From: Bdellovibrionota bacterium
GTDB lineage: Bacteria > Bdellovibrionota > UBA1018 > CAUJDS01
NCBI GenBank assembly: GCA_963169695.1
Contig: CAUJDS010000011.1
Coordinates: forward strand, 121,499 to 185,498
Length of the DNA stretch: 64,000 bases
Direction: 5' to 3'
Shown here piece by piece: positions 37,139 to 47,198 of this stretch; position 1 is the first letter of the stretch; every line of letters begins with the position of its first letter. Below the pieces are notes generated by a model that saw only the letters and a list, made by a program, of their open reading frames with translations, had not been told where the DNA came from and searched no databases. The position numbers and the translations under genes are program-made.

Positions 37139-38922
37139 ATATTCTAAAACGACTTCTCCCCTACCTCTGGTCCAAGTCCCGACCCGATCTCAACAAGCGG
37201 GTCATTCTCAGCCTCACTTGTCTTGTGCTTGGAAAACTGCTGAACGTCATGGTGCCCTTTTTCTACAAAGGGGCGATCGATCAGCTTTCCAAAGAACACC
37301 TTGCGTTGATACTTCCTCTTGGATTTGTTTTGGCTTACGGGTTGGCCCGTGTCTTTTCACAAGCCTTTGGTGAATTGCGAGATTTTCTTTTTATTCGCGT
37401 CTCCCAAAATGCTCAACGCGTACTCGCACTCAAAACTTTTGAGCACCTGCATTCCATGTCCCTGCAGTTTCATCTCGATCGCCAAACGGGTGGTTTGACT
37501 CGAGCTATTGATCGCGGAACCAAGGGAATTCAGTACCTCTTGAGCTTCATGTTATTCAATATTATACCGACACTTTTTGAGATCCTTCTGGTTACAGGAA
37601 TTCTCTACTTCACCTTCGGCTGGTGGATTGCAACCATTACCTTTGCCACCCTGGTAGGGTATATCGCCTACACACTTGGGGTGACAGAATTTAGACTCAA
37701 GTATCGAAAGCAAATGAATGAGACCGACAACGAGGCAAGCACCAAAGCGATTGACAGCCTCCTCAATTACGAAACGGTTAAGTACTTTAATAACGAAAAA
37801 TTAGAATTTAATCGCTTTGACAAGGCCCTTGCACGCTACGAAACAGCCGCGGTGAGAAGCCAATCCACCCTTTCGCTTCTCAACGTGGGACAAGGCGCGA
37901 TTATTGGAGTCGGACTCATTGCCGTCATGTACCTCACCGCTAAAGGAATTCAAGAAGGCAAGATGACCGTCGGCGACTTCGTGCTTGCCAATACCTACTT
38001 GATTCAGCTCTATATGCCACTCGGCTTTTTGGGTTTTGTCTATCGTGAAATCAAACAAAGCCTTTTGGACATGGACCAAATGTTTAAGCTCCTCGACATG
38101 CCCAAGGATGTGCAAGATCTACCGAATGCCTATCCTCTTATCGCAAAGGAAGGTCGCTTGGAGTTTCGTAATGTGACCTTCGGCTACGGTCCCGACCGAG
38201 TGATCCTTAAAGATCTATCTTTTGTCATCGAACCTGGTCAGACGGTCGCTGTCGTTGGACCTAGTGGGAGCGGAAAGTCGACGCTCGTTCGACTCTTATT
38301 TCGATTCTATGATTTGCAGGGAGGGAAGATCCTTTTCGATGGCTCGGACATCAAAGAAGTCACGCAAGCTTCCTTGAGACGCGCCATTGGCGTCGTCCCT
38401 CAGGATTGCGTTCTCTTCAATGACACCATTGAATACAACCTTCAGTACGGCAATCCCGAAGCGACTCCTGCACAATTGGAATCTGCTGCAAAGCTCGCAC
38501 AGATAGACGGACTGATCACAAAACTCCCTCAGGGATATCAGACCCGAGTAGGAGAGCGCGGATTGAAACTTTCTGGCGGTGAAAAGCAACGAGTGGCCAT
38601 TGCAAGAACGATTCTCAAGGATCCCCGTCTCTTGATTCTCGATGAGGCGACTTCGGCGCTCGACTCCCAGACAGAAAAGGACATCCAGCACGCGATCGAC
38701 TTGGTTTCTAAGAATCGCACGACCCTTGCCATTGCGCACCGCCTGTCAACGATCGTCGATGCTGATCAAATTCTGGTACTCCAAGACGGCGTTCTTTTGG
38801 AAAGTGGCCGTCACGAGGACCTGCTTAGAAAAAACGGCGCCTACGCCGCACTGTGGCATAAGCAGCAAGAAGCCCATGGATCGCAGGATGCTCCTTCATC
38901 CCAGGTCTCGGTTGGAAGCTAA
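37135..38922 (+). CDS. ABC transporter, fused permease/ATPase (ATM1/HMT1-type exporter)
   Basis: The start overlaps the DUF1223 stop (ATGA). A six-TM domain is followed by Walker A 'GPSGSGKST', the signature 'LSGGEKQRVAIAR' and Walker B 'LILDEATSALD'. Confidence 0.9.
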   Translation: MNILKRLLPYLWSKSRPDLNKRVILSLTCLVLGKLLNVMVPFFYKGAIDQLSKEHLALILPLGFVLAYGLARVFSQAFGELRDFLFIRVSQNAQRVLALKTFEHLHSMSLQFHLDRQTGGLTRAIDRGTKGIQYLLSFMLFNIIPTLFEILLVTGILYFTFGWWIATITFATLVGYIAYTLGVTEFRLKYRKQMNETDNEASTKAIDSLLNYETVKYFNNEKLEFNRFDKALARYETAAVRSQSTLSLLNVGQGAIIGVGLIAVMYLTAKGIQEGKMTVGDFVLANTYLIQLYMPLGFLGFVYREIKQSLLDMDQMFKLLDMPKDVQDLPNAYPLIAKEGRLEFRNVTFGYGPDRVILKDLSFVIEPGQTVAVVGPSGSGKSTLVRLLFRFYDLQGGKILFDGSDIKEVTQASLRRAIGVVPQDCVLFNDTIEYNLQYGNPEATPAQLESAAKLAQIDGLITKLPQGYQTRVGERGLKLSGGEKQRVAIARTILKDPRLLILDEATSALDSQTEKDIQHAIDLVSKNRTTLAIAHRLSTIVDADQILVLQDGVLLESGRHEDLLRKNGAYAALWHKQQEAHGSQDAPSSQVSVGS

Positions 38923-38946
38923 GGCAAATCCTGTTACTAAGTCTCC

Positions 38947-39477
38947 ATGCGCCTTGCGAGCCTGGCCCTTCTATCGCTCTTGGTTCCTACGCTTGCATGG
39001 TCTCTGGACCTCCCGCAGTCTTTGCGACAGGTCGGCTCAAAGGGCAATTCCAGCTCGGCCACCATTGTCGTATTTCTCTCTCCCACTTGCCCTTGTTCGC
39101 AGAGCCATCTCGCAGCATTGACCGAATTGTATGATCGCTATCAGGGTGAGGGAGTGCGATGGATTGGAATCGACTCGAGCACTCCGGCAGAAAAAGCAGC
39201 AGAGGGTCGTGACTACTTTTCGAGTGTGAGACTGCCCTTCCCTGTTTTGGGAGATGCGGACCTTCACTATGCCAACCTTTTTTCGGCGGTAGCAACTCCG
39301 CACGCCTTCTTTTTTGATTCGAATGGAAAGCTCCTCTATCGCGGTGGTGTTAGCGATCGGTCCAACTATCCCAAATCGAAGGATCACTATTTGGAAGCCA
39401 ACCTTCGCGCTTGGAGCCAGGGTCTGGCACTGCCCTGGACCGTCACTCGAGCCCTCGGATGCCCGATTCCACATTGA
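38947..39477 (+). CDS. Secreted thioredoxin-fold (TlpA/AhpC-TSA-like) protein
   Basis: Signal peptide 'LLSLLVPTLAWS'. 'VVFLSPTCPCSQSH' is a CxxC-like redox motif. Confidence 0.55.
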   Translation: MRLASLALLSLLVPTLAWSLDLPQSLRQVGSKGNSSSATIVVFLSPTCPCSQSHLAALTELYDRYQGEGVRWIGIDSSTPAEKAAEGRDYFSSVRLPFPVLGDADLHYANLFSAVATPHAFFFDSNGKLLYRGGVSDRSNYPKSKDHYLEANLRAWSQGLALPWTVTRALGCPIPH

Positions 39478-39490
39478 AAGGATCAGACCA

Positions 39491-39973
39491 ATGAAGCAAA
39501 GCCTTTTATCTATTATGCTTATTTGCTTTCTTATGGCATGCGGAATGGAGCCACCGCGCGAACGAAGTGTGGTCACTGCTGAATCGCAGGCCGCCACGTC
39601 CAAAATTCAACTTCGACCTTCGCCCTATGACCTTGCTTTTGCCAATCATCCACTCCGAATGAAGCTTAAATGGAGCAACCCTCTTCAGCGAGGGAGTGAT
39701 TCCACTCTCGCTTTTTTGTTTTATCAAATTCAAGATCAAGACCTTGCAGACCCATGGTCCCATCCAAATTTCGAAATCGAGTTGGTTCGAGCGGTATCAT
39801 GCTGCGGAAAGGAACTCCCCTTGGGGCGCACCCTCCATCCGGATGCACAGGGTTGGTACCAAGCTGGAACCATTGCGGTAGCCACCGCAGGATACTGGAC
39901 ATTTACGTTAGTACTAAAGGACTCTGATGCGCAGATCGTAGATCAGCTAACCTTTGAAGTGGAGGTCCGATGA
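39491..39973 (+). CDS. Lipoprotein, function unknown
   Basis: A start at the internal Met gives 'MKQSLLSIMLICFLMACG', which is a lipobox. Confidence 0.4.
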   Translation: MKQSLLSIMLICFLMACGMEPPRERSVVTAESQAATSKIQLRPSPYDLAFANHPLRMKLKWSNPLQRGSDSTLAFLFYQIQDQDLADPWSHPNFEIELVRAVSCCGKELPLGRTLHPDAQGWYQAGTIAVATAGYWTFTLVLKDSDAQIVDQLTFEVEVR

Positions 39974-40884
39974 TTCTATTATTTCTTAAGCTTTGGACCC
40001 TTCTTTCGTGGGGAGCCGCATGTTGTGGTGGTGGAGCAAGCTACCCCGGACTTCTCACCACCCCGTCGTTTGCACAGCTTAGCCTCTCCACCTCTATGAG
40101 CAGTGTGGCAGCTCGACGGGACGTACGAGACGGAAAAATTTATGACACGGCAGCGTGGGATTCCGACCAAACTCAGACACTGCAATTGGCTTCTGCTTTT
40201 CTGCTCAATCAGGATTGGCAGGCGGGATTTCGAATACCGCTAACTCGGCACTCCCTCCAAGTAGACCAAACCAAATCGCAAAGCCTTCAGCTAGGTGATA
40301 GCTTTGCCACGGTAGCTTGGGAATACTGGCCCACTTACGAATACAGCAAAATCAAGCCTCGCGGATTTGCCTTTGCGGAAATTCGAATTCCATTTGCTAA
40401 TTCTTTCTACGACTCACGTGACTCCTTGGGATCGGATATCGTGGGATCCGGACAATGGGAGCTTGCACTCGGCAACCTTTGGCTCAAGGAGTGGGGAAAA
40501 TCCATTGATGCCAGCTTCGGCATACGTGGCGGATTGATCCTTCCTCGAACTTTTGAAGAGCGCCAAAATTTACGGCTTCCTGCCCACTTTGGCCTTAGTA
40601 CCAACCTAGGACTGGGCTATTCGCCAGGAGGTGGTCGATTTCGAATTGGTGCGGCACTTGCGCCGAATTGGGAACAAGGCTTTGAAACAGAATCGCAGCT
40701 TGGAAAGTCGGATCAGGCAGAGCGTTTCCACTGGAGCACAACGTTGAAGGTCAATTACCTGGTAGGAGAATCGCTCTCTACCGAATTGAACTACACGGAC
40801 GAAACGCTGGTACGAATCGGCACTCGCCAAGTTGCCCTATCCAGAACCGTAGGACTTCAATTGCTCTATCATTGGAATTTGTAG
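39970..40884 (+). CDS. Putative outer-membrane beta-barrel protein
   Basis: ATGA overlap with the previous gene. Signal sequence present. Alternating amphipathic strands run to the end '...VGLQLLYHWNL'. Confidence 0.4.
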   Translation: MILLFLKLWTLLSWGAACCGGGASYPGLLTTPSFAQLSLSTSMSSVAARRDVRDGKIYDTAAWDSDQTQTLQLASAFLLNQDWQAGFRIPLTRHSLQVDQTKSQSLQLGDSFATVAWEYWPTYEYSKIKPRGFAFAEIRIPFANSFYDSRDSLGSDIVGSGQWELALGNLWLKEWGKSIDASFGIRGGLILPRTFEERQNLRLPAHFGLSTNLGLGYSPGGGRFRIGAALAPNWEQGFETESQLGKSDQAERFHWSTTLKVNYLVGESLSTELNYTDETLVRIGTRQVALSRTVGLQLLYHWNL

Positions 40885-41094
40885 AGCTGAGGTTGTCCAG
40901 AGATGAACATTTTCCCTTGCTAATAAAAAATTTTAAAGAGAGGCACTTTTTTGACCAGATTTTAGACAGCCGCATTACTTTTAGGCAGGCGCTCTTGTGT
41001 AGACACCAAGTAAATACCTAATCCCCCTGACCAAATTTCAGAATAATCTGGCATCTAAATTGCCTTAGTAGACACCCTAAGAGGGAAACAGCTT

Positions 41095-42747
41095 ATGCGA
41101 TCGGTACGATGGTTCATAAACAAAGTTTTCATAGCTTTTTCCTTTTTTGGAATACTAGCCACGGTTGGCACCTCGTCGGTTCAAGCGCAAAAGCCTGTAG
41201 AAGATCCAACTTTGCGGACACCTGATCTCTCTCAATGCCTTAAACAAGCGAGTGACGCCGGTGTAGAAATTTTTTTGATGCCCGAAGACCACAGTGACGG
41301 AATTTGCGCAGGACATCGCTTCATTTGTGAAGCTGGCGCCATAGCTGGAAAATCTATCCACCTTGCAGAAGGATCCGCATTTGACCCTAAAGAGGGTAGG
41401 GCTGGAATCACGGGATGGGAAGGACCACGCTCCTCCTACGAATCGAGTTTGTATTTAACAAACCTCTATATTCAGCCTTTGAGTTCGAGGTCCAAGTTAT
41501 CTCAACGCACCATGCTTCAAAGTCCGCAAATAAAAGAATGGCTTTGGGATATTTTTTCTCAACTCAAGCAGGAGGACGTGGAACTGTTGACTAAATTTGG
41601 TGCGTCAAGACCTCAACTTCAACAGTCCGATCTTTGGAAAGAATTAACTGTGTTTCTGAAGGATCACGACCGCAGTCTACTTGAAGATCGTTTCTCTAAT
41701 GGCCTACTCGTACCAAAGAACGACACAGACCACGAAAAAGAAATAACGGTTGCCCTTCTGAAAGCAATCATCAAGAATCCAGCAGAGAGTTCTCAGGTTC
41801 TATCAGCGCTCATGGAGCCTTTAGTAAAAAGCGTTAGTTCGCAAGCGGGGGGGGCAATAGATCCTTATACTCTTGAAGGCTTTCAACACTTCGTTGGAAT
41901 AAGGAGAAACAAGTTTGCCTCGCAGTCAATCTTAAGAGCGGCGTGCATAGCAGCCGAAAAAGGACTGAAGCGAGTCACGGTCCAAATGGGTTGGGCGCAT
42001 ACCGCCGGCATATTTGAAGAACTTCAAAAGAGCCTAGCAGCCTACTCAGCTCCAATTGGTATTAAGGTTGAGCATGGAATTCACAGGCTTGCTAGACTTG
42101 GCGATCAGACTGGCTCGTCATCAAATAATTTCACAGCCTCAGAATCTGCCAATCCTATGAATTTTATGGAAATTTCTCAAAAAATTGAGCAAGAACGCTT
42201 AGCGAAACTACCAATGCCAGAGGTGACATTTAACCCATTCGATACGCTTGGCTTCATCATCGAGCAATATGCATTGAAAAAGAACGAATCACCACTTCCA
42301 ACCAAAGAAGAGGTAATCGCGGAACTTCAGAGATCACTCCACAAAGAGGGCAATGAAGGAAATAAAGCAATCGTGAATGATCTTATCCAAACCCTTACTA
42401 TTTGCCCGGCTCCATCCGAAATTCTAGAACAAGGAAGACCCAATGCGGAAGCACTTAGAAAATATGTCTTAGATCTCGTGGGTAAAATCAATGCTGGTGC
42501 TCTCAAAAATGGTACCATTCGCAGCGAGAGCTGGGCCAATGACATCCTACCTCATATGGGCTTAGATTGTAGAGATGCTGCAATGGTCCGCAGGACAGGT
42601 GAAAACCTCCTCTCTTACTACCGAACCTTGCTCAAACCTGAGCCAATTTCAGATGCTACGCTTAAATCAATAGTAAGCGACGTCAAAAACAGCAATGATT
42701 TTTGGCAGATTCAGAAAAGCTTTTCAACCTCGACCAAAGCTAAATAA
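41095..42747 (+). CDS. Hypothetical secreted protein (550 aa)
   Basis: Signal peptide 'FSFFGILATVGTSSVQAQ'. No family was recognised. Confidence 0.45.
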   Translation: MRSVRWFINKVFIAFSFFGILATVGTSSVQAQKPVEDPTLRTPDLSQCLKQASDAGVEIFLMPEDHSDGICAGHRFICEAGAIAGKSIHLAEGSAFDPKEGRAGITGWEGPRSSYESSLYLTNLYIQPLSSRSKLSQRTMLQSPQIKEWLWDIFSQLKQEDVELLTKFGASRPQLQQSDLWKELTVFLKDHDRSLLEDRFSNGLLVPKNDTDHEKEITVALLKAIIKNPAESSQVLSALMEPLVKSVSSQAGGAIDPYTLEGFQHFVGIRRNKFASQSILRAACIAAEKGLKRVTVQMGWAHTAGIFEELQKSLAAYSAPIGIKVEHGIHRLARLGDQTGSSSNNFTASESANPMNFMEISQKIEQERLAKLPMPEVTFNPFDTLGFIIEQYALKKNESPLPTKEEVIAELQRSLHKEGNEGNKAIVNDLIQTLTICPAPSEILEQGRPNAEALRKYVLDLVGKINAGALKNGTIRSESWANDILPHMGLDCRDAAMVRRTGENLLSYYRTLLKPEPISDATLKSIVSDVKNSNDFWQIQKSFSTSTKAK

Positions 42748-43013
42748 TCGCAGGTTTCGAAGCAGGGAGTGTTAACAAGTGCTTTCTTTAAATTCCAATA
42801 AATCAAAAATGTTCGTGAAATCCTTAAAGCATTGCTTCATTATTAGTGTTGCTGCTTTTTCTTCTCCGGGACAATGGGCTATAGCTCAGCAACTGCTCCA
42901 GTCAGGAACCCTCAGTAGGTCTAGTCAGAAGTTACTTTAAGCTCTCGATCACATACATGTTGCTGTCCATCATGATTCTATCCGCAGCGATCGAGCGAAA
43001 TAGCGGCGGAATT

Positions 43014-43982
43014 TCAAGAACCTGTTAGATCTCGAACAACTTCCTTCACGGATATCACGCGATTGATACCTTCCACGCTTTGCCCCGCCTGGAAGAGATC
43101 CTTAGAAGACACTTGTCCTGGACGAGCCATTTTTCTTAGGCGCACCAAAGACATCAAGGAATAAAATAGCCTAACCCAGTGTTTGGTTTTTCTACCCTTC
43201 AACATCCATCGAGCAAAGAATCCTGCTTCCGTCCCTATGGATTCGACATAGGGAGTTTTGATCACCGCCAATGGTACCCCTGTCACACGCCAGGTCTTGA
43301 CGATGTCCTTGGCATGGGCTTCGAGGATTGCTTTTTTATAATCCGGATTCGCGCTGCACTCGTTGGTAGCGATAAATCGAGTTCCCATTTGAACAGCGTC
43401 GTAGCCTAACTTCAGGGCCTTTTGATAGCCCTCTCGTGTGCTGATGCCTCCAGCAGCTACTTTGGGTACCTTCAATCCATCAAGATCTGCCCAGAGCTCT
43501 TCTAAATTCAAATCACCAGCGTGTCCACCCGCTGTACCGTTGACACAAATCAAGCCATGGACGCCCTCTTCTAATGCCCGCTGCGCGTGAGAGCGCCGAG
43601 TAACATCATGATAGACAATGCCACCCAAGGACTGAACCTTGCGAACCACCCAGCCAGGCTTTCCGAGGTAGGTGACAAAAAATCGTATGCCTGCCTCCAA
43701 TGCGATATCAACCGATTCTTCCATCCGCTTCTGATATATTTTTGCTGACTTCTCGGTAAGGACATTCAAAGCCAATGGCTTTGAAGTCAATTTTCGAATC
43801 TCTGTGATTCCATCCTTGAGCCCGGTTCCGTGTACAAAACGCAAAGTGAGTGGCTGAATCACTCCAAGCGCACCAGATTCCGACGCAGCAGCCACCAATT
43901 CCACATTACTACAGGGATACATCGCACCGCAGATGATTGGATATTGAACTTTTGATTGTGTAAGAAACGGATTATTGCTCAC
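43014..43982 (-). CDS. Nitronate monooxygenase / enoyl-ACP reductase FabK-like (NMO family)
   Basis: 'YPIICGAMYPCSNVELVAAASESGALGVIQ' and 'VAAGGISTREG' match the NMO TIM-barrel FMN enzymes. Confidence 0.8.
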   Translation of the reverse strand: MSNNPFLTQSKVQYPIICGAMYPCSNVELVAAASESGALGVIQPLTLRFVHGTGLKDGITEIRKLTSKPLALNVLTEKSAKIYQKRMEESVDIALEAGIRFFVTYLGKPGWVVRKVQSLGGIVYHDVTRRSHAQRALEEGVHGLICVNGTAGGHAGDLNLEELWADLDGLKVPKVAAGGISTREGYQKALKLGYDAVQMGTRFIATNECSANPDYKKAILEAHAKDIVKTWRVTGVPLAVIKTPYVESIGTEAGFFARWMLKGRKTKHWVRLFYSLMSLVRLRKMARPGQVSSKDLFQAGQSVEGINRVISVKEVVRDLTGS

Positions 43983-44461
43983 GACTTTTTCTCAATCTGC
44001 ATGGCGCCGATTTTCCAATGGGCCCGAACCTTGGCTACGACTTCGCCTTCACCATTTTTAAGCTCTGCTTCTAATATACGAGTTTGATCTGGAATCCACG
44101 CTTCTGCACTTACTTGGGCGTCTGCCGTGATCCAACCGCGTGCTTTCTTAAAAAAATCTATTTCAAGATGAACCGGAATTCCTCGATATTGGGGTGGCAT
44201 GATGGAATACATGGCTAGTCCCGTTGCCATTTCTCCCAGATTCATCAATGCCAACGCATGAATCGAGCGAAAATGATTACGAACGGCCCTTCGGTCCGCC
44301 ATTCGCACTTTGCAACGACCTTTTTCTAGAACTTCCACACGGGCATGAATGCTGCCGGTGTAAGGTGCAGCGCGCCCCAAAATTTGAGAAAAAATCCATC
44401 GCCCACTGGCCGTGCGACCTAACATCTTCCACAAACCCATAATACTTTGTACAGTGTTCAT
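43979..44461 (-). CDS. Hotdog-fold thioesterase-like protein (DUF4442-like)
   Basis: Its stop overlaps the NMO start by 4 bp. The size and sequence pattern are consistent with the hotdog fold. Confidence 0.45.
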   Translation of the reverse strand: MNTVQSIMGLWKMLGRTASGRWIFSQILGRAAPYTGSIHARVEVLEKGRCKVRMADRRAVRNHFRSIHALALMNLGEMATGLAMYSIMPPQYRGIPVHLEIDFFKKARGWITADAQVSAEAWIPDQTRILEAELKNGEGEVVAKVRAHWKIGAMQIEKKS

Positions 44462-44510
44462 TCTTGGTGGATAGTACCATAGCTTTTCAATGGCCTAAGG
44501 TGAAAACTTT

Positions 44511-45413
44511 ATGAATCTCTTGATCACAGGCGCATCTGGTTTTATCGGTCGAAGTCTTTGCCAACTCCTCCATCAAGGAGGTCACTCATTGACTCTGGTA
44601 AGTCGGAAACCGAAATCTCTTGCCGCAGTTTTTTCTTTTCCGTTCAACACCCTTGAGTGGGATCTTGCGTCAGACACCTTACCCAAAGAGCGCCTAACCT
44701 TTGATGGCGTCATCCATTTAGCGGGAGAATCCATCGCTCAAGGGCGCTGGACCGAGTCACGCAAAGCGGCGATTCTCGATTCTCGTGTGCAAGGCATTGA
44801 GCGATTGAAAGACTACCTAGTCTCTCCCCCTAGTGTTTTCGTAAGCTCATCTGCCATAGGGATTTATGGTGATCGTGGGGACGAGGTCCTCACTGAAGCC
44901 TCAAGCTTGGGATCAGATTTCTTAGCAAATGTATGTCGAGCGTGGGAAGACACTGCGACTCGGTGCTTTTCGGAATCCAAAACTCGAGTCGCAAGCCTTC
45001 GAACAGGAATCGTACTTGGAAAGGAAGGTGGAATCCTTGAAAAGCTTTGTCCGATTTTCAAAATGGGCCTCGGTGGAAGGATTGGTTCAGGTCAACAATG
45101 GATGAGCTGGATCCATGTGGAGGACCTGTGCAAACTATTTGCTTTGGCCCTCAATGACCATCGCTGGAGTGGAGCTATCAACGCAGTAGCTCCACAACCT
45201 GTTACCAACCAAGTCTTTACGCATACCCTAGCGCAGCACCTCCATCGCCCAGCACTGCTTCCAGTGCCTGCATTTGCCTTGAAATTGGCGATGGGTGAGA
45301 TGGCAACCATCGCCTTGGCAAGTCAAAGAGTTACCCCTGCGAAGGCATTGAAATGGGATACGACCTTCCGCTTCTCTACCCTCGACGATGCGCTAACAAA
45401 TCTGGTGGGCTAG
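44511..45413 (+). CDS. TIGR01777-family NAD-dependent epimerase/dehydratase (YfcH-like)
   Basis: Rossmann start 'LITGASGFIGRSLCQLL'. The C-terminal DUF1731-like tail is '...KALKWDTTFRFSTLDDAL'. Confidence 0.75.
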   Translation: MNLLITGASGFIGRSLCQLLHQGGHSLTLVSRKPKSLAAVFSFPFNTLEWDLASDTLPKERLTFDGVIHLAGESIAQGRWTESRKAAILDSRVQGIERLKDYLVSPPSVFVSSSAIGIYGDRGDEVLTEASSLGSDFLANVCRAWEDTATRCFSESKTRVASLRTGIVLGKEGGILEKLCPIFKMGLGGRIGSGQQWMSWIHVEDLCKLFALALNDHRWSGAINAVAPQPVTNQVFTHTLAQHLHRPALLPVPAFALKLAMGEMATIALASQRVTPAKALKWDTTFRFSTLDDALTNLVG

Positions 45414-45416
45414 TTT

Positions 45417-45641
45417 TCAATTTTCTTCTTCTTCGTAGCTCGTCCCTGACGAAGACCCCTCTTCACCACCTGCCGGAATAATGGCTTTGACTGGACAAAC
45501 TGGAACACAAACCTTGCATCCCGTGCAAGTATCTAAGTCGATAACGTATTGACCGTGGCCGTAAAAGATACTCTCTGTCGGACAAACCTGTCCGCATGCG
45601 TGACAGGAAGTGCACTTATTGGTGATCTGGTGCTTAGACAC
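45417..45641 (-). CDS. 2x[4Fe-4S] ferredoxin
   Basis: 'CTSCHACGQVCP' and 'CTGCKVCVPVCP' are two CxxCxxCxxxCP motifs. Confidence 0.85.
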   Translation of the reverse strand: MSKHQITNKCTSCHACGQVCPTESIFYGHGQYVIDLDTCTGCKVCVPVCPVKAIIPAGGEEGSSSGTSYEEEEN

Positions 45642-46727
45642 TTATTTTTCCTTCTTCTTGGGGCGACATCGATTATAAATTTCTACCAACTGAGCTTCCG
45701 TCAATTTCAATTGAGCCAGCTGTTTTCGTTCAAAATCCGTCATAGCCAAGACACGTTTGGACATTTCGAGGACCTTGCCCTCGGCCAAGCGATTGGCAAA
45801 ATACAAAGTCAGGGCTGCCCGATAGAGACCCTGATCCTCTGTTTTTAAATAAAAAGGCTCTCGAAAATAGTGCACCGCTTTGTCCAAGCCAGCGAGTGGC
45901 GCAAAGTGCCGAACCACAAAGGAAGCTATTTCGTTATGACTGACGCCATAGGACCGCTGCTCCAATCTCAAAACTAGCTCGGGCGCCTTTTCAAATAGCG
46001 GCTCTGTTTGTTTTTCGTATTCCTTCCAAGGAAGTTTTTGAGATCCATTCGCATAGTTGGCAAATAGAAGGAACTTGGCCACTCCAATAGCGAGCGACGC
46101 CGCATACATATAGTCCTTCAAAGGAAACTCAGGGGCCCGCTTAGAGATTTCGTAGGAAAGCTGCGCAACCATGAGGTGCTTTTCGTATTGTTTGGTCGCT
46201 TGTTCTTGCAACGACGCGGACCAGGCGTTTTTTTTCTTGAATGGAATATCGATGAAATCAAAAAGCAATGCGCCATAGTACGCTTGCTTAAAGCTCATGA
46301 CCTCTTTGTCTTCCAAGAGATCGTCAATCACTGCTGCACGAGGTAGAAACTCTTCAATTCGTGGATTGTAGGTATCAGTATCTTTACGCGGCAATTGCCC
46401 CTTCATCATCCGCATTTTTCGAAGGGCACAGAGAAGGTTACGACACCCCTTCTTTCCAAAGAAGGCCAGAAACCTCACCGGCTTTTCGAGCTTTGTTGAG
46501 CCTTCTGCGTCATCATCCTTAAGACTGGACTTGCCCTGCCCTAACTTTGCCTTGAGGTACCGCTGAAAGAAATGCCGATACATAGGATTCGAGGCGAGAT
46601 CTTGCGCCAGCGTGTCATCTGGCGTTTTGGCGTCCTCGTAATCTAATAGATAGGCTTGAACCGTATCACCCAGATCTAGTGCTGGAACCAGATCATAAAT
46701 GAGCGGTGAATAAACAGAATTCCCCAC
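45642..46727 (-). CDS. Hypothetical protein, possibly a signal-transduction HD-related (HDOD-like) protein
   Basis: It is contiguous with the ferredoxin gene on the same strand. No strong motif was seen. Confidence 0.3.
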   Translation of the reverse strand: MGNSVYSPLIYDLVPALDLGDTVQAYLLDYEDAKTPDDTLAQDLASNPMYRHFFQRYLKAKLGQGKSSLKDDDAEGSTKLEKPVRFLAFFGKKGCRNLLCALRKMRMMKGQLPRKDTDTYNPRIEEFLPRAAVIDDLLEDKEVMSFKQAYYGALLFDFIDIPFKKKNAWSASLQEQATKQYEKHLMVAQLSYEISKRAPEFPLKDYMYAASLAIGVAKFLLFANYANGSQKLPWKEYEKQTEPLFEKAPELVLRLEQRSYGVSHNEIASFVVRHFAPLAGLDKAVHYFREPFYLKTEDQGLYRAALTLYFANRLAEGKVLEMSKRVLAMTDFERKQLAQLKLTEAQLVEIYNRCRPKKKEK

Positions 46728-46790
46728 AACACCAGGTTAGAGAGAGATTGTATTGAAGTCAATTTGAGTTCGCCTTAAGATAGGGAAGGT

Positions 46791-47198
46791 ATGGACACGC
46801 TAGCAAAAAATATTATGAGTACTGAAATCATAAGCATCACGCCAGACACCCATGTGGAGGAGGCGCTGAAAGTACTGGTGAACAACAAAGTCACGGGACT
46901 ACCTGTGGTAACCGACAGCGGTAAATTTGTCGGAATCCTTTCAGAACTCGATATTATCGAGCAAATCATGGCAAGCAAGACTTTGGATGATGTAGACTTT
47001 TCCGAGGAAATCCACTTTTCAAAGAACATTACTTCCGTTCAAGAGACAACGACACTGAAGGAAGTTCTTGTCTTGTTTGCAGAATCCAAATTCAGACGCT
47101 TGCCCGTTGTGAATGGCAAAGGACGACTCGTTGGAATCATTACACGACGCGATATAATGAGACTCCTTTTCTATCGCGCCCGAATGGGACGTGAATGA
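46791..47198 (+). CDS. CBS-pair domain protein
   Basis: Two CBS motifs: 'IISITPDTHVEEALKVLVNNKVTGLPVV' and 'GKGRLVGIITRRDIMRL'. Confidence 0.8.
   Translation: MDTLAKNIMSTEIISITPDTHVEEALKVLVNNKVTGLPVVTDSGKFVGILSELDIIEQIMASKTLDDVDFSEEIHFSKNITSVQETTTLKEVLVLFAESKFRRLPVVNGKGRLVGIITRRDIMRLLFYRARMGRE

Noticed and set aside
42856-42900. tRNA-like start 'GGGCTATAGCTCAGC' in the convergent intergenic region
   Set aside because: The sequence diverges immediately after the D-arm-like segment. There is no anticodon stem, no GGTTCGAATCC T-arm and no 3' acceptor complement. It is at most a decayed fragment.
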